A DNA stretch of 64,000 nt from the human T2T-CHM13v2.0 reference genome, Homo sapiens: the NCBI RefSeq assembly GCF_009914755.1, contig NC_060936.1. The stretch is one strand, 5' to 3'. This document shows positions 1-13,120 of the stretch, in pieces. Positions within the stretch are counted from its first letter, which is position 1. The number at the start of each line of letters is the position of its first letter. Below the pieces are notes generated by a model. That model worked only from the letters and a program-made list of their open reading frames with translations. It was not told the origin of the DNA and did not search any database. The position numbers and the translations under genes were made by a program.

Positions 1-875
1 TCAAAGGTCAGATAGTCATAGGTGTGTGGCCTTATTTCTGGGCTCTCTATTCTATTCCATTGGTCTATGTGTCAGTTTTTGTACCAGTCCCATGTTGTTT
101 TGGTTATTTTATTCCTGCAGTATAGTTTAATGTCAGGTAGTGTGATGCCTTCAGTTTTGTTCTTTTTGCTTAGTATTGCCTTGGCTATCAGGGCTTATTG
201 TTGGTTCTGCATGAATTTTAAAATAGTTTTTTCCTAGTTTTGTGAAGAATGTCATTGGTAATTTAGTAGGACTAGCAATGAATCTATACATTGCTTTGGA
301 CAGTATGGCCATTTTAATGATACTGATTTTTCCTGTCCATGAGCATTGAATGTTTTTCCATTTGTTTGTGTCATCTCTGATTTCTTTCAGCAGTGTTTTG
401 AAATTCTCATTTCAGAGATCATTCACCTCCCTGGTTAGGTGTAATCCTAAGTATTTTATTCTTTTTGTTGCATTTGTGAATGGGATTACATTCCTCATTA
501 AGCTCTTGGCTTGACTGCTGTTTGTATATAGGAATGCTAGTGATTTTTGTACATTGATTATGTATCCTGATAATTTGCTGAAGTTGTTTATTAGCTTAAG
601 GAGGTTTTGGACTCAGACTATGGGATTTTGTAGGTATAGGATGGTGTAGTCTGTAAACGGGGATTGTTTGACTTCCTCTTTCCCTAATCGGATGCCCTTT
701 ATTTCTTTCTCTTGCCTAATTGTTCCAGCCAGGACTTCCAATAGTATGTTGAATAGGAGTGGTGAGAGAGGGCATCCTTGTCATATGCCGGTTTTCAAGG
801 GGAATGTTTCCAGCTTTTGCCCATTCAATTTGATGTTGGTTGTGGGTTTGTCGTAGATGGCTCTGATTATTTTGT
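1..875 (-). mobile_element. Old primate LINE-1 fragment (ORF2 RT region), runs off the window start
   Basis: Antisense L1 ORF2 text, e.g. GTTGAATAGGAGTGGTGAGAGAGGGCATCCTTGTC at ~748, collinear with the L1PA3 copy at 15030-15910 but more diverged. Confidence 0.9.
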
Positions 876-1859
876 GGTATGTTTGAAGGAAGGTAATAAC
901 TCAGTACATTTTTTTCTCCTATTGGAGAAACAATTTGAAGTATTTGTATATTACTTTGGATGGTAGGACTTTTTGTAAAGGATTAGATTATATATAATAA
1001 TGACTCAAATAACATAATTTAGTGATTATGTTAGGTATGGTGTCATGTGTCATTTAGTGATTATATTAGGTGCTCTGTCATAGTCATCATTATAACATGA
1101 TTTAGTGATTTTATTAGGTGCCCTGTTAAGCATAGTCAAAACTGACACAGTGCTGAATACAGTAAGATATTCAATAAGTCACTATTAAATTATCTTAAAA
1201 AGGAATTCTTGTTTGGATTTTTATTGGAGAGGGATATTTAGGCTATGTGTGGAAATGAAGACATATTGCAAAGTTAGGCAAAGCCCTGGAAAATATTTTT
1301 CATTTAATTTCTATTTTCTATGTTCCATATTTACTGGTCTTAAATACCGCTTTAATTGGTAAGAATCCCTTTAAAGATAACCTGGACACAGAATTGATTC
1401 ATGACTTGTTAGCATCGTGAAAGCTGGAGACAGAACAGAATGTTCTGGATCCTCAGCCACATTATCATACCCATTTTAAGGACTGAATACCACGTGTATT
1501 CAAATACGCATGTGCCTAATAACCATGTTGAGATTATTGTGGGGTTTCTAGAGTTAAAGACTAACTTTACTTTTTACCACCTTTCTGCTTAGCTATTTAG
1601 GGAGAGCATAGTTGATTTCTAGTTCTCTCAAAGTAGATGATTTAAGTCTACTGTTCCACTCTCAGTTTTTCTTTCCTGTTCTATGTACTTGCACATAGGT
1701 TTTAGATTATCTATATGTTGCAAGCTCTCTGTGCCGAAGGAACCCATCTTTGTTATAAATGCCTGAAGGTTGACTATATTCTCCCTTTGTTCTATCTTTT
1801 GTTCTTATAGTAATTAGTATAATCTACCTAATAAAAAAAGGGGGCACTTAACTATTTCC

Positions 1860-1995
1860 TAAAGACTTCTTAAGAACTTCTGCATGTATTATCTAATTTA
1901 ATCCACACAAAAGTCTTATGAGGTGAGTGTTGTCATTTCCATTTTGTAAAGGAGAAAATGAGCTAAGAAAGATCTTATTATTTGAAAAACCATAT
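1860..1995 (-). mobile_element. MIR fragment
   Basis: MIR core-like CTTATGAGGT...CCATTTTGTAAAGGAGAAAATGAG. Confidence 0.6.
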
Positions 1996-2001
1996 TACTA
2001 G

Positions 2002-2416
<415 letters not shown>

Positions 2417-3043
2417 CTACATCACAGAGCCTTTGACTTTAGCACTGACATTTAATTGAGCAACCCATACTGTAAAATACTTGAAAGTAGAGACCATATC
2501 CATGGACTGTATCAATTCAATTACTGAATTGAATGAAATTCTGGCAATTAGGATTTATTCTTACCTGCCACCTGTTGTTTCCTCCTTACTGGATGTTTGA
2601 AAAGGTGGATACATATGCATGGGTAGAATAGATGGATAGCCCCTCCTAAGCTGATTTCCTCCAGGACTTTTCTTCTCCCCAAATTCCCATCAGGGGTTAT
2701 TTAGCTGAAGGTTCTCTAATTTCTGGTTCCCCCTACTAAGTGTCAAATGTAATATGGTATAAGAAACCCATAATCTAGGAACTTGTCATCGATATCTCAG
2801 CACAAATAATTCATTGATAAATAACAGTGGCTGTTTTCACTAGAGGGGCACAGGTTGAAGTATACGCCAAGAAAGTAGAAGTCCAGATATTTTGTTCTGG
2901 CTGAGGCTATTTCTTTTTTCTGCAAGGCAACCTGAATATGGTCTAAGTAATTAGGGCAAATCAGCAGGCCTAGGGCAGTGGGGGTGGAGATGTATGTGAA
3001 GGCAAAGACAAAGTGCTAAGGAGCTTTGGGTGATATATGGGAA

Positions 3044-3094
3044 GTGTGTCTGCGTGTGTGTGTTTGTGTGTGTGTGTGTGTATGTGTGTGTGTC
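3044..3094. repeat. Imperfect (TG)n microsatellite
   Basis: About 25 TG units with interruptions. Confidence 0.9.
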
Positions 3095-3944
3095 ACAGTT
3101 TTGCCTGAAGCACTACTCATATCTGAGAGTTGCCATTTGTAGCTACTAAGAAAACAGCACCGCAGTTAAGCTTCGTTTCTCTTTGGATTTGGCTCTTAAA
3201 AGACTGCACGGTTTATGTGGTGCTTTCATTTCACAGGATACCATTATAGTTTTTGTGTTAGGCTGGGTCAACAATGTGTTAGTAGACCAGCACTGTACGT
3301 TATTCATTACCTAAATACAGTAATGTATTTTCATAAAAGTAGCTACTTCTCCATAGTGCCCATCTTTCACCTAAAGAGGAATTAAGGGAAGAAATGAAGC
3401 AAATAGTGTTTTATGGATGTTTTTGCTTCATTTAAGCTGCCAGAGTAGTTTTGTGGTCCTAATTTAAAACCTATTATAGTATAGAGAAGGGCTACTGAGA
3501 GGTGGAAAATAAAAGCGTTTCACATAGCTAGCTAAGTGAGAATGTGATTCTTAATGACTGTTGAAACAATACTGAGGGCAATAAGGATTATAATATTTTT
3601 GAAAAGCAGCCTGCAAATCCAATTAAAGGGGAGAAAAGAGTTCTCGTTTTCTTATTTTTGGAGTCAGCAGGATTTCCAGCTGGATGTAATTTCAGGAAGT
3701 GATGTGACTATTTATTCAATAATGCTTTGCAAATTTCCTGGGAAATGATGGAATAATTCTGATGAAATTAAAGTGGCTATTGAAATATATGTCATACTAT
3801 TTGCCAAGTGTTATTTCTTGTCTATTTAACCATATTAATTCATTTCATAATGAAAATAAACTCTTAGTAAATACTTTCCATAGACATATTTTCTAGGACT
3901 GAGAATATATTATCAAAATCCAGATCACCAAAGCCAACCAAATT

Positions 3945-4600
3945 AAATAAATGGACAGTGAATATCTCCTATAGTGCCATGCATGATGCTAGGTATTGGG
4001 AAAACAAAAACTAACTTTAAATTTTTTTTCTGAACTCATGGAGCTTAATGACTGGCAGTAGAGACAGTCATTGAAGCAATGGGTCACTCAGCCACATGTA
4101 AAATGACAACATTGGGAAGTGCTGTGCAGGGAAGGGACATGGTGCTACAACGGCCTCTGGCATTCATGGAAGGCTTTTCATATATACATTGTTAAAGCTG
4201 AGATCTAAAGGATGAATAGGAATTACACAGATAAAGAGTAAGAACAAGAGCCTTAAGTATGGCATGTAGCGTCTTCAAAAGTTCATGGTGGAGGGTAGGA
4301 GTACACAATGGGGTGTATGGTACAAAAATAGGCTGAAGAATCAGGGGATAAACCCTGAGGCTTGTAGACCCGGTGAAAAATCTTGTTGTCTATTTTAAGA
4401 ACAATGAAATGATTTTAATAGCAAGGTTGAGGGTGGATGAGGGGTGACATCCACCCCTCATCCAGGAGACAACCGTCTCTGCTTTGGAAATATTACTCTG
4501 GATGCAACATGGAGGATGGATGATAGAGGGTCCTGAGTGTGGGTGGCAAAGCAGTTGTGAGGCTCCTGTAGATGTCCAGATAAGAAGGAAAGTTAGCAAA
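3945..4600 (-). mobile_element. Degraded L2 fragment(s)
   Basis: L2-like blocks CTCATGGAGCTTA, AAGCTGAGATCTAAAGGATGAATAGGAATTA, TTGGAAATATTACTCTGGATGC. Confidence 0.6.
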
Positions 4601-5470
4601 GACTATGGATGTGGACATACTTTATGGTTGGATTAAAATAAATTTACAATACTTTCATCCCGGGTTCACGTCTATGTTCACTCACACATACACACACAGA
4701 GCTGATGGTTTGTGAGATGTTTGAGAACCTGTTTCTCAGGATCCAGTCCTTGATTGTCTTTTCTTGTTTACATCAGGGAAGTCAAATGCATTTTTATCTC
4801 AGGTGCCAACTCTGGTTGGTTGGTAGCAGATGCTTGAGAGCAATATTGAGAAAGCTTCCGCAGTCACATAAGGGCTTAGCAATAGAGAAAGCTTTAATAG
4901 CTCCTTCAGTGAGCACAGAGTTGGGAGTGGTGGCATGCATGCCTTTCCAGAGCCTTTATGGTTCACATTCTCCATGGCAGACTTCCAATTTTTCTCCAAG
5001 GATAGGAGTAGTACTTGTCCCAGCCCTCATAACCATTTTCCTAGACACTCTGCCTCTACTCCCTATGCTTTTCTCAGATTCTGAAGTGCAATATCTTGGG
5101 TCAGATTCATTCTTCCTCTGAATGCACTCAGCTCTCTCAGACCAATTAAATTAGTTACCATCCCTCCATTTGCTTCTATCTTCTAAAACTTTGTAAACAT
5201 TTCTCATTTGCTGTTATATCCATTGTGTTCTTATTGTCCTGTGGATCACTATGTTTTTATTAATCTCTTTTGGTCCATTTATAATATTAGGGTTTCATTT
5301 ATTCAATTTTCTGTTTGTTCAGTCTACCATGTTTAATCAAAACTTGTGCCATGGTTTTCTACTTATGCTCTTTGGTATATACTTATTTAACTGAAGGGAT
5401 ATGCAACCATCAGAGAATATCAGTGAACAATTCACAACCTCTATTTATTAGGGCAAATGGCTTTGGGTAT

Positions 5471-5834
5471 TGACATGTTTTGGCTGTGTCCCCACCCAAA
5501 TCTCATCTTGAATTGTAGCTCCCATAATTCTCGCATGTTGTGGGAGGGAGCTGGTGGGAAATAATTGAATGATGGGGGTGGTTTCCCTCATACTGTTCTC
5601 GTGGTAGTGAATAAGTCCGATGACATCTGATGGTTTTATAAGGGCAAACCCCTTTCACTTTGTTCTTTTCTTCTCTTTTTTCTGCTGCCAGGTCAGACAA
5701 GCCTTTCACCTTCTGCCATGATTGTGAGGCCTCCTCAGCCATGTGAAACTGTGAGTCCATTCAACCTCTTTTTCTTTATAAATTACCCAGTCTTGGGTAT
5801 ATTTTTATCAGCAATGTGAGAAGGGACTAATTCT
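5471..5834 (+). mobile_element. THE1 (THE1B/C-like) MaLR solo LTR
   Basis: Starts TGACATGTTTTGGCTGTGTCCCCACCCAAATCTCATCTTGAATTGTAGCTCCC, ends GGACTAATTCT; 5-bp TSD GGTAT at 5466-5470 and 5835-5839. Confidence 0.92.
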
Positions 5835-5989
5835 GGTATGATTAAAATATTTTGTGCTTTGGTGTGTCTTTCCATTTCTATCATTCCCCACACCTCCATA
5901 AGCACATTATCATTTCATACGCCAATCTACCTGTAGTTTACTGTTTTGACATAGTTTTCTAAGGGCTATTTATTGTTGATTATGTTCTC

Positions 5990-6322
5990 TGAGCTTCGAG
6001 TTCCCTTCACTCTAGCTAAATTCTTCTTACTCTTTGAAATCTGGTTTAAGTGCCCTTTATTTTGAAAGCCTTTCCCTATCTAACCCCAAGATATGATTCA
6101 TATACTCCCTGTATCTCTCATCTGAATACCTCCTTTGGACTCACAATGTCTTTTGCTTTCTTGATTATAATATTTATCACCATATCATGACATTTGACTC
6201 TCTTGTTTAGTTTATAAACTAGACTGAGCCCCTTGATGACAGGCTCTGGGTTTATTCGTGCAGTATTTCCATGTCCTGTATTACAAAGTAGGCACTCAAT
6301 ACCTGCTTGTGGAATTAATGAT
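5990..6322 (+). mobile_element. L2 3' fragment
   Basis: TAGACTGAGCCCCTTGATGACAGG...AGTAGGCACTCAATACCTGCTTGTGGAATTAATGA resembles the L2 terminus. Confidence 0.6.
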
Positions 6323-6999
6323 GCTATGGGACTCCACTCCTAGAAGTGATCTGTTTTCATTACTTTAGGAAGTCTGTTTTACCAAGGTGCTTTCTTCACA
6401 GTTGCGCTTTATGGACTCTAGTCATCAGGAAATTAACTGCAGAGAACACGCATGCAGAACATGAGGTTACCAAGGGTCAAGTGCATGTGCATGTTTTTGA
6501 TTTGGGCACAGGGAAGTTTATGAGCCTTGTGAGCACAATTTAGAAATTCTCAGTTGTATATACTGCAGGTGAAATACACTTTATGTTGAAGCACGCGGTG
6601 AATTATTGAGATTTGGCTGACTATTAAAGCAATAGCGTCTTTTTCAATCTAAGTTGATGATGCAAATGAAAAACACAGCTAAAAATATCACTTATGTCTG
6701 AAAAAGCCAGTCCAAAAAATAAAAAGCAATTAGCTTGAACAGCTGGAAGCAGATTTTGCCAGGATCTGTATTTACCAATATTTGAGTACAATTGGTTCAC
6801 AATTTTGTACTTGGGGTAATAGCATCACTCAAGCCCAGAAGAGGAAAATTTCTTTATGCTAGATATTTTTCTATGCATTCCCCTTCTTCCCTCTTCTTCT
6901 TCCCCTCTCCTTCAATCATACACTTAGAAGTCTATGATATATAATGTCAAACAATTTTAAGGACCTAGGAGGAAAAGTAGGGAGATAATACCATAAATC

Positions 7000-7195
7000 A
7001 AATAAAGCAGTCTCTGGGCTTAGGCTCTCTAAGTTTGAGTCCCAAATTCAGTGTTACTGTGTGACCTTGGGGAAGTTACTTACCCTCTATATATCTCATT
7101 TTAAAATGGGATTATAAAGATATATTTTAGTGTTGTTGTAGGATTAAATGACATACTTGTAAATTTCTTAGAAAAATCCTTGGTATATCATAATT
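7000..7195 (+). mobile_element. MIR
   Basis: CTGTGTGACCTTGGGGAAGTTACTTACCCTCT...AAAATGGGATTATAA...GTTGTAGGATTAAATGA. Confidence 0.8.
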
Positions 7196-7970
7196 CTATT
7201 ACTCATTTATAGTTCTGAGGTCAAATATCAGTTTTGACTTTTGTAGATGATGAAAAATATTCCTTCCCACCTACCTTTCCACCGTGTACAGTGGAAATCA
7301 CACTGTCCTATGATTCACATCAGAAACATAAAGAGTTAGTGCCAAGATCATCTGTGTGCCCTTTGATTAATGCTTCTTAATACTTGTCATCTCTACCTCC
7401 ATTCTAAAATCCAACTTTTAGCTTTCATTTAAGAAAGGGAGTGCCTATGGCCAATGAAGGAGTGTATCCTTTCATTACTATTCTGCTTAATTTCTGTGTC
7501 ACTTGATTTTTTTCCTAGATTGTACTCTCTCAATTTGAATGTATAGCAACATCAAACAAAAAAGCAGAAGTAATTAGGTTTGTCAGTCCACAAGAATTTT
7601 GGACCAAATATCCATGAAGTGGTGGGTAGATTATAATACCTAATACAGAGTATCAAAATGAGTTCTTACAATCCCACACGTAGTCTCCATGTGGTATGAG
7701 ATGCCACTGGCCTGAGCTGACGTAGTATTTTTTATATGAATGAAGGCTGTTCAAGGACTTGAGAATAATTTGTTTTCTTAATTAATATAACCCCTGCCTC
7801 CATTTTCTTTATACTACACTCAGATCAGTGATGTCTCCTTTCATGTGTTGTGTGAAAAGCAAATTTTAGTCTTGTCTTGATGAATTATAAATTCCAGGAG
7901 TTCAGAGCAAAAATGAGTATATATGTATGCTTCTGCACATGCATACATATGCTTATAAAAAGTGACAACT

Positions 7971-8283
7971 GGCCAGGTGTGGTGCTCACACGTGTAATCC
8001 TAGCACTTTGGGAGGTTGAGGCAGGTGGATCACTTGAGGTCAGGAGTTTGAAACCAGCCTGGCCAACATGATGAAACCCCATTTCTATTAAAAATACAAA
8101 AAATAGCCAGGTGTGGTGGTGCATGCCTGTAATCCCAGCTACTCAGGAGGCCAAGACATGAGAATTGTTTGAACCCAGAGAACGCAGGTTGCAGTTGAGC
8201 AGAGATCATGCCACTGCACTCCAGCCTGGGCAGCAGAGTGAGACTCCATCTCAAAAAAAAAAAATAATAAAAAAATAAAAATA
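7971..8283 (+). mobile_element. AluS (Sx/Sz-like)
   Basis: Full dimer with A-rich tail; TSD AAAAAGTGACAAC on both sides. Confidence 0.95.
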
Positions 8284-9493
8284 AAAAAGTGACAACCTGT
8301 GGAGACTTCTGTTTGCAAACGGAAATGTTAAAGTGTTAAAAAAATTTTATATACCATGCAAAAAGTAAACCATTAAAGCTAGTATTCCACAGAAAACAAA
8401 TAGATATCAAATAGACTTGTAGAATCTATTATAATAATGGGTAGAACACCTGAACAAACGCTTCAACAGGATAAATCTATTAGGGGAAATGTAATAAAAT
8501 TTCCCTGTGGGAATTCCTCTCTAAATGAAATTATCAGGTCTGTTAAGTAATAAAAGAGAAAGCTTAAATATCTAAGACTTTTAAAACTCTGAGAATATTT
8601 TAGACCATGGCTATCAAAACAGAGACTGTTGAACTGAAAAATGCCTTATACTGCAGAGAGAACTGGTTTAGAGGGTAGAGGAAAAATAGTAGAGAGAAAC
8701 AGTACTTTAGATAATTAATAGTATGGTATGCTTAGATTTAAAGGGAGGGAAATGAAAGGGTGTACATATCCAGAAGCAAAGAAAGGTAGTCTCTTTTTCC
8801 AAAGCTGACTCAGTGCTTATGGAGCTAAGTGTTTCACAGTTGGAGAAGTAGGAAGGCAAACTGCTAAGAGAACTAGGAACTACTCATGCATTGTCTGTAT
8901 TCCTGAAGGGTAGAAAGTGGAGTACTCCAAGGGTATTGCTCTGTGATCGTTAGGAGGGTTTGGAGTCAGATATCCTTGAGGGGGTGTCACCTTCCATAGT
9001 CTGTAGCCATTGGAAGTGTGTCAGTGCTTCCAACAATAAATCCACCTTAGCTCAGCTATGCAGCAACCGAAATAGCATGCTACTGGTACAAAAACAGGCA
9101 CATAGACCAGTGGAACAGAATAGAGAGCCCAGAAATAAGGCCGCACACCTACGACCATTTGATTTTCAACAAAACTGACAAAAACAAGCATTGGGGAAAA
9201 GACTCCCCAGTCAATAAATGGTGCTGGGAAAACTGGCTAGCCATATGCAGAAGATTGAAGCTGGACCCCTTCCTTACACTGTATACAAAATCAACTCAAG
9301 AGGGTTAAGGACTTAAATGTAAAACCTAAAACTGTAAAAACCCTGGGAGACAACCTAGGCAATACCATCCTGGACATAGGAACGGGCAAAGATTTCATAA
9401 CAAAAATGCCAAAAGCAATTGTAAGAAAAGCGAAAATTGAAAAATGGGATCTAATCAAACTTAAGAGCTTCTGTTACAGCAAAGGAAACTACC

Positions 9494-9657
9494 TTACTTA
9501 CCTAGCACGGGAGATACTGTGATCACAAAGGTGGTTTTCCCAGAGTAAGTCTCACCTATTGCACTCTGGGTATGCTGGCCCCTGTGATTTTCCCAAATGC
9601 AAGAAACTTGACTGCATAATTTGTGGTAGTGGGGGGACTGTGTTTGCGCTTTCCCTG
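9494..9657 (+). pseudogene. Full-length U1 snRNA retropseudogene (RNU1-type)
   Basis: Collinear with U1: TACTTACCT...GGAGATAC..GATCAC.AAGGTGGTTTTCCCAG...ATTGCACTC...GACTGCATAATTTGTGGTAGTGGGGGGACTG...GCGCTTTCCCTG; Sm site AATTTGTGG at 9618-9626; ~12-bp TSD; L1 rather than a PSE upstream. Confidence 0.95.
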
Positions 9658-10126
9658 TGTATATTGTTAAATAATTTTTTATAATTAAAATGAAAGAAAC
9701 TATCAACAGAGTGAACAGACAACCTACAGAATGGGAGAAAATATTTGCAAACTATGCTTTGAACAAAGGTCTAATATCCAGCATCTGTAAGAAACTTAAA
9801 TTTACAAGAGAAAAACAACCCCATTAAAAAGTGGGCAAAGGACATGAACAGACACTTTTCAAAAGAAGACATACATGTGGCCAATGACCATATGAGAAAA
9901 AGCTCCACATCACTGATCATTAGAGAAATGCAAATCAAAACCACCATGAGATTTCATGCCAGTCAGAATGGCTATTAATAAAAAATAAAAAAATATGGAT
10001 GTGGAGAAAAAGGAACACTTATACACTGTTGGTGGGAGTGTAAATTAGTTCAGCCATTGTGGAAAGCAGTATGGTGATTCCTCAAAGAGCTAAAAATGGA
10101 ACTATCATTTGACCCAGCAATCCCAT

Positions 10127-12119
10127 TGTCATGGGATCTTTAGGGTGCTGCTTTTCTGGCCAGAAACCTCTGTGGCTGGTGGTGCCTTTGCCTGAGTTTT
10201 GCTTGAGCCCACTGGGCTTGTTCTGCCCACTCAGCCTGGCAAGCTGTGCTTGGCTTATGCTGCTGGCCTGGATCCCATCCCTGCCAAGGGTAAGCCAGGC
10301 ATGGAGCAGTGAGGGGTTTGTGAGTGAGCGTGGGTTTTGGGCACTGTGCAGTCAGACAGCAGCTACTGCAGTGGGGTGGGCAACTCCAGGTGCTGGCATG
10401 GGCAGCTCCAGCTCTCTGCAAGGCTGTGACTGGACCAGGTGCACTGCAAGCAACTTCCACCGCTGGCACTGGAAACATGGTGGCACCCAGAAGCTTGGAG
10501 ATGCCAGGAACCACAGGGCCCCAAAGAGGGAGTCACAGCCCTGGCTCAGGGAGCTCCCAGGTCTGGGCTCCCTGAAGGGCCGCAGCTCTTCTGTCCTTCT
10601 CTTCAACCATGACATGGTAAGCAAGGGGCATGTTTCAGCTTTGTTTGTGTTACAGCTCTTTTATTCCCGCTATTTGAGAGGTCCTGAGTTCTTGTCCTGT
10701 GACCAGGAAGAATGAGGTACACAGGTAAGTGGAGGGTGAACAAGATGAAGAGGAGCTTTGTTGAGCAATAGAACAGCTCAGAGGAGAGCAGCAGTGAGTA
10801 GCTCCTTTCCACAGCCAGGGTGGCCCAGTGAGTGTTTAGCTCCTAGCAGAGGGTAGACCTTGTAGTGGGAAGCTCATCTCAGCAGGCAGGTTGTCCCATT
10901 GTCTCTGAAGCTCTCAACAGAGAGGAGGCCCTGGAGTGGGTTGCTCCCTTCTGCAGGCAGGTTGTCCTGACATCTGCAGCTCTCAGCAGAGAGGAGGCCC
11001 TGGAGTGGGTAGCTCCTCTTTGCAGCTGGTTGTCCCAACATCTGCTCACCTCTGGCTGAGCCCAGGGCTTTTATGGGCCTCAAAGGGGAAGAAGTGAGTA
11101 CTGATTGGTCCATGGGTGGGCATGGGCAGACCTGGAAAAGGCACCACAAGTTTCTACTCTGGTCTGCAAGACTGGGTCTTCAGGCCCACCCGTGGCCTGA
11201 AGGTGGAGCCTCACTGGGAACCCACCTCCTTCTGCCCAGGAGCCTGTCTGCCTCCCACTGCTTTTCAGGATCTTCGAGCCAAGGGACGCCTACAGGCCAG
11301 TGCTGAGCTGCCCTCAGCCCCCACCTCGGCTTCCCTCCTATGCTTGTCAGTGCCCAAAGTCTGGAGAGGGACAAGACAGCAGGGAGCTGGTGAGTCAGAA
11401 CTGCCCTGAGCATGTGCACATCTTGCTGGGCTGTGACAGTGCCTGGGCTCAGCCCTGACTTCGCTCCAAGATCAGAGTGGGTGCCAACAGCAGGGAGAAG
11501 CCAGGTAGTGGCAGAAGGCACTTCTGAGCCTGTGAGGGCAGGGTGGGTCTTCCTGGGCCCCAAAAGCACAGGGAGGCCTGGGTTCACAGCTGCTGTTTGG
11601 GTGGCTGCAGCCATGCCTGGGGCGGGGGGTGCAGGGCTCCTGTCTGCCTCATGGTGTGGGAGGCCTGGGTTTGCAGCCACAACTTGGGTAGCTGCAGCCG
11701 CACTTGGAAGTGTGAGGCTCCTGCCTGCTTCTGTCCCCGCCAAGAGCACAGGGAGGCCCAGGTCTACAGCCACAGCTTAGGTAGCTGCAGATGCACCTGG
11801 GAGGGCAGGGCTTCTGCCTGCTCTGTGGAGTGGGAGGCCTGGATCTGCAGCCACGACTTGGGTGATTGCAGCTGAGTCCAGAAGGGTAGGCCTCCCGCCT
11901 GCTCCTGGGCCCTGAGAGCACAGGGATGTCAGGGTCCACAGCTGCAGCTTGGGTGGCTGCAGTGTACCTGGGGAGCACCTGCCCCAACTCAGAAGGGGCC
12001 AGGCTCCCTCTTTTCTCTGGCTCCCGATGGCTACATGGAGCACGCAGCCCTGACCATGCTTCCCTGCTGCAGCTGTTGTGATGGCAGCTGCCACTCCAGA
12101 CAGCCCACCACTGCCATCA
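10127..12119 (-). mobile_element. MER52-family ERV1 solo LTR (~2 kb, MER52D-like length)
   Basis: Minus strand begins TGATGGCAGTGGTGGGCTGTCTGGAGTGGCAGCTGCCATCAC (MER52 5' end); TG...CA termini; 4-bp TSD CCAT at 10123-10126 and 12120-12123; GC-rich internal tandem repeats. Confidence 0.88.
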
Positions 12120-12719
12120 CCATTACACCAAAGGAATATAAATCCTTCTATCACAAAGATACATGCATGTGAATGTTCATTTTAGCACTGTTCACAATAG
12201 CAAAGACATGGAATCAACTTAAATGCCCATTGGTGACAGATTGGATACAGAAAATGTGGTACATATACACCATGGAATACTATGCAGCCATAAAACAGAA
12301 CAAATTCATGTCTTTTGTGGGAAGCTGGATGGAGCTGGATGCTATTATCCTTAGCAAACTAATGCAGGAACAGAAAACCAAATATCATATGTTCTCACTT
12401 ATAAGTGGGAGCTAAATGATGAGAACACATGAACACAGAGAAGAGAACAGCAGACACTGGGGCCTACTTGACTGGGGAGGGTGAGAGGAGGGAGAGGAGC
12501 AGCAAAAATAACTCTTGGGTACTAGGCTTATTACCTGGGTGATGAAATAATCTGTACAACAAAACCCTTGTAACATGAATTTACTTATATAACAAACCTG
12601 AACATGCACCCCTTAACCTAAAAAGAAAGTTTAAAAAATATTATAAAAAAGAAAATAAATCAAATTTAAAAATATACACATCTTTGGCATTAAAGAATTG
12701 CCAATAGATTTAGGGTATC

Positions 12720-13120
12720 TGGCTCAGCCACTGCAAAGCCAGAAATGGTGCCCAAACCAGACCTTGGTGGCTACTCCAGCAAAGACACCAATGCTGCTGC
12801 CACCTAGCACAGACATTGCATTTTGTCCTAGACACTGCAAATTCCACTGATAGTACTGAGGCCTGGAGTGCAAAATTCTGGGGCTGCTGATCTTGAAAAC
12901 CCAGATACTTCTGTTGCTGTGAAAGAGAGTACATGTGCTTTGTAATGTCACATGTGGAGTCCTGGGTGTGGGTGCATTACATACATTCATACAGCTGCAA
13001 ATAAGACTGGGGTTCTGGTTTCTTCAATGAAGGGACAAGAATGAGAATGTGCAAAAATGTTGCAACATAAGAAGAATGTTTAAAAGATGCTGGATTGCAC
13101 AAACATGACAAATATTCCCA
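12720..13120. mobile_element. Possible ancient ERVL LTR (LTR33-like) fragment
   Basis: Weak resemblance: CAGCTGCAAATAAGACTGGG...AAAAGATGCTGG...CAAATAT. Confidence 0.3.

Larger units (their letters stand above)
9055..12655 (+). mobile_element. 5'-truncated old L1PA (L1PA15/16-like 3'UTR), interrupted by a U1 retrocopy and MER52
   Basis: ORF2 3' text TGGTACAAAAACAGGCACATAGACC; C-terminal peptide in ORF 12173-12415 ([11 protein letters not shown]...HMFSLISGS); 3'UTR and A tail at ~12630-12655. Confidence 0.92.

Noticed and set aside
1009-1138. CRISPR-like repeat-spacer array or any prokaryotic system
   Set aside because: Human DNA; only three degenerate copies with related spacers, and no cas or operon-like genes
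4705-5121. 138-aa ORF in apparently unique DNA
   Set aside because: No recognisable homology, composition bias or splice context; compatible with chance
9494-9657. Functional U1 gene
   Set aside because: Embedded in L1 with a TSD, no PSE/DSE upstream, no clear 3' box, and many substitutions
10131-12154. Cluster of long overlapping ORFs (up to 197 aa) on both strands
   Set aside because: They lie wholly within the GC-rich, tandemly repetitive MER52 LTR, and the peptides are repetitive with no recognisable domain
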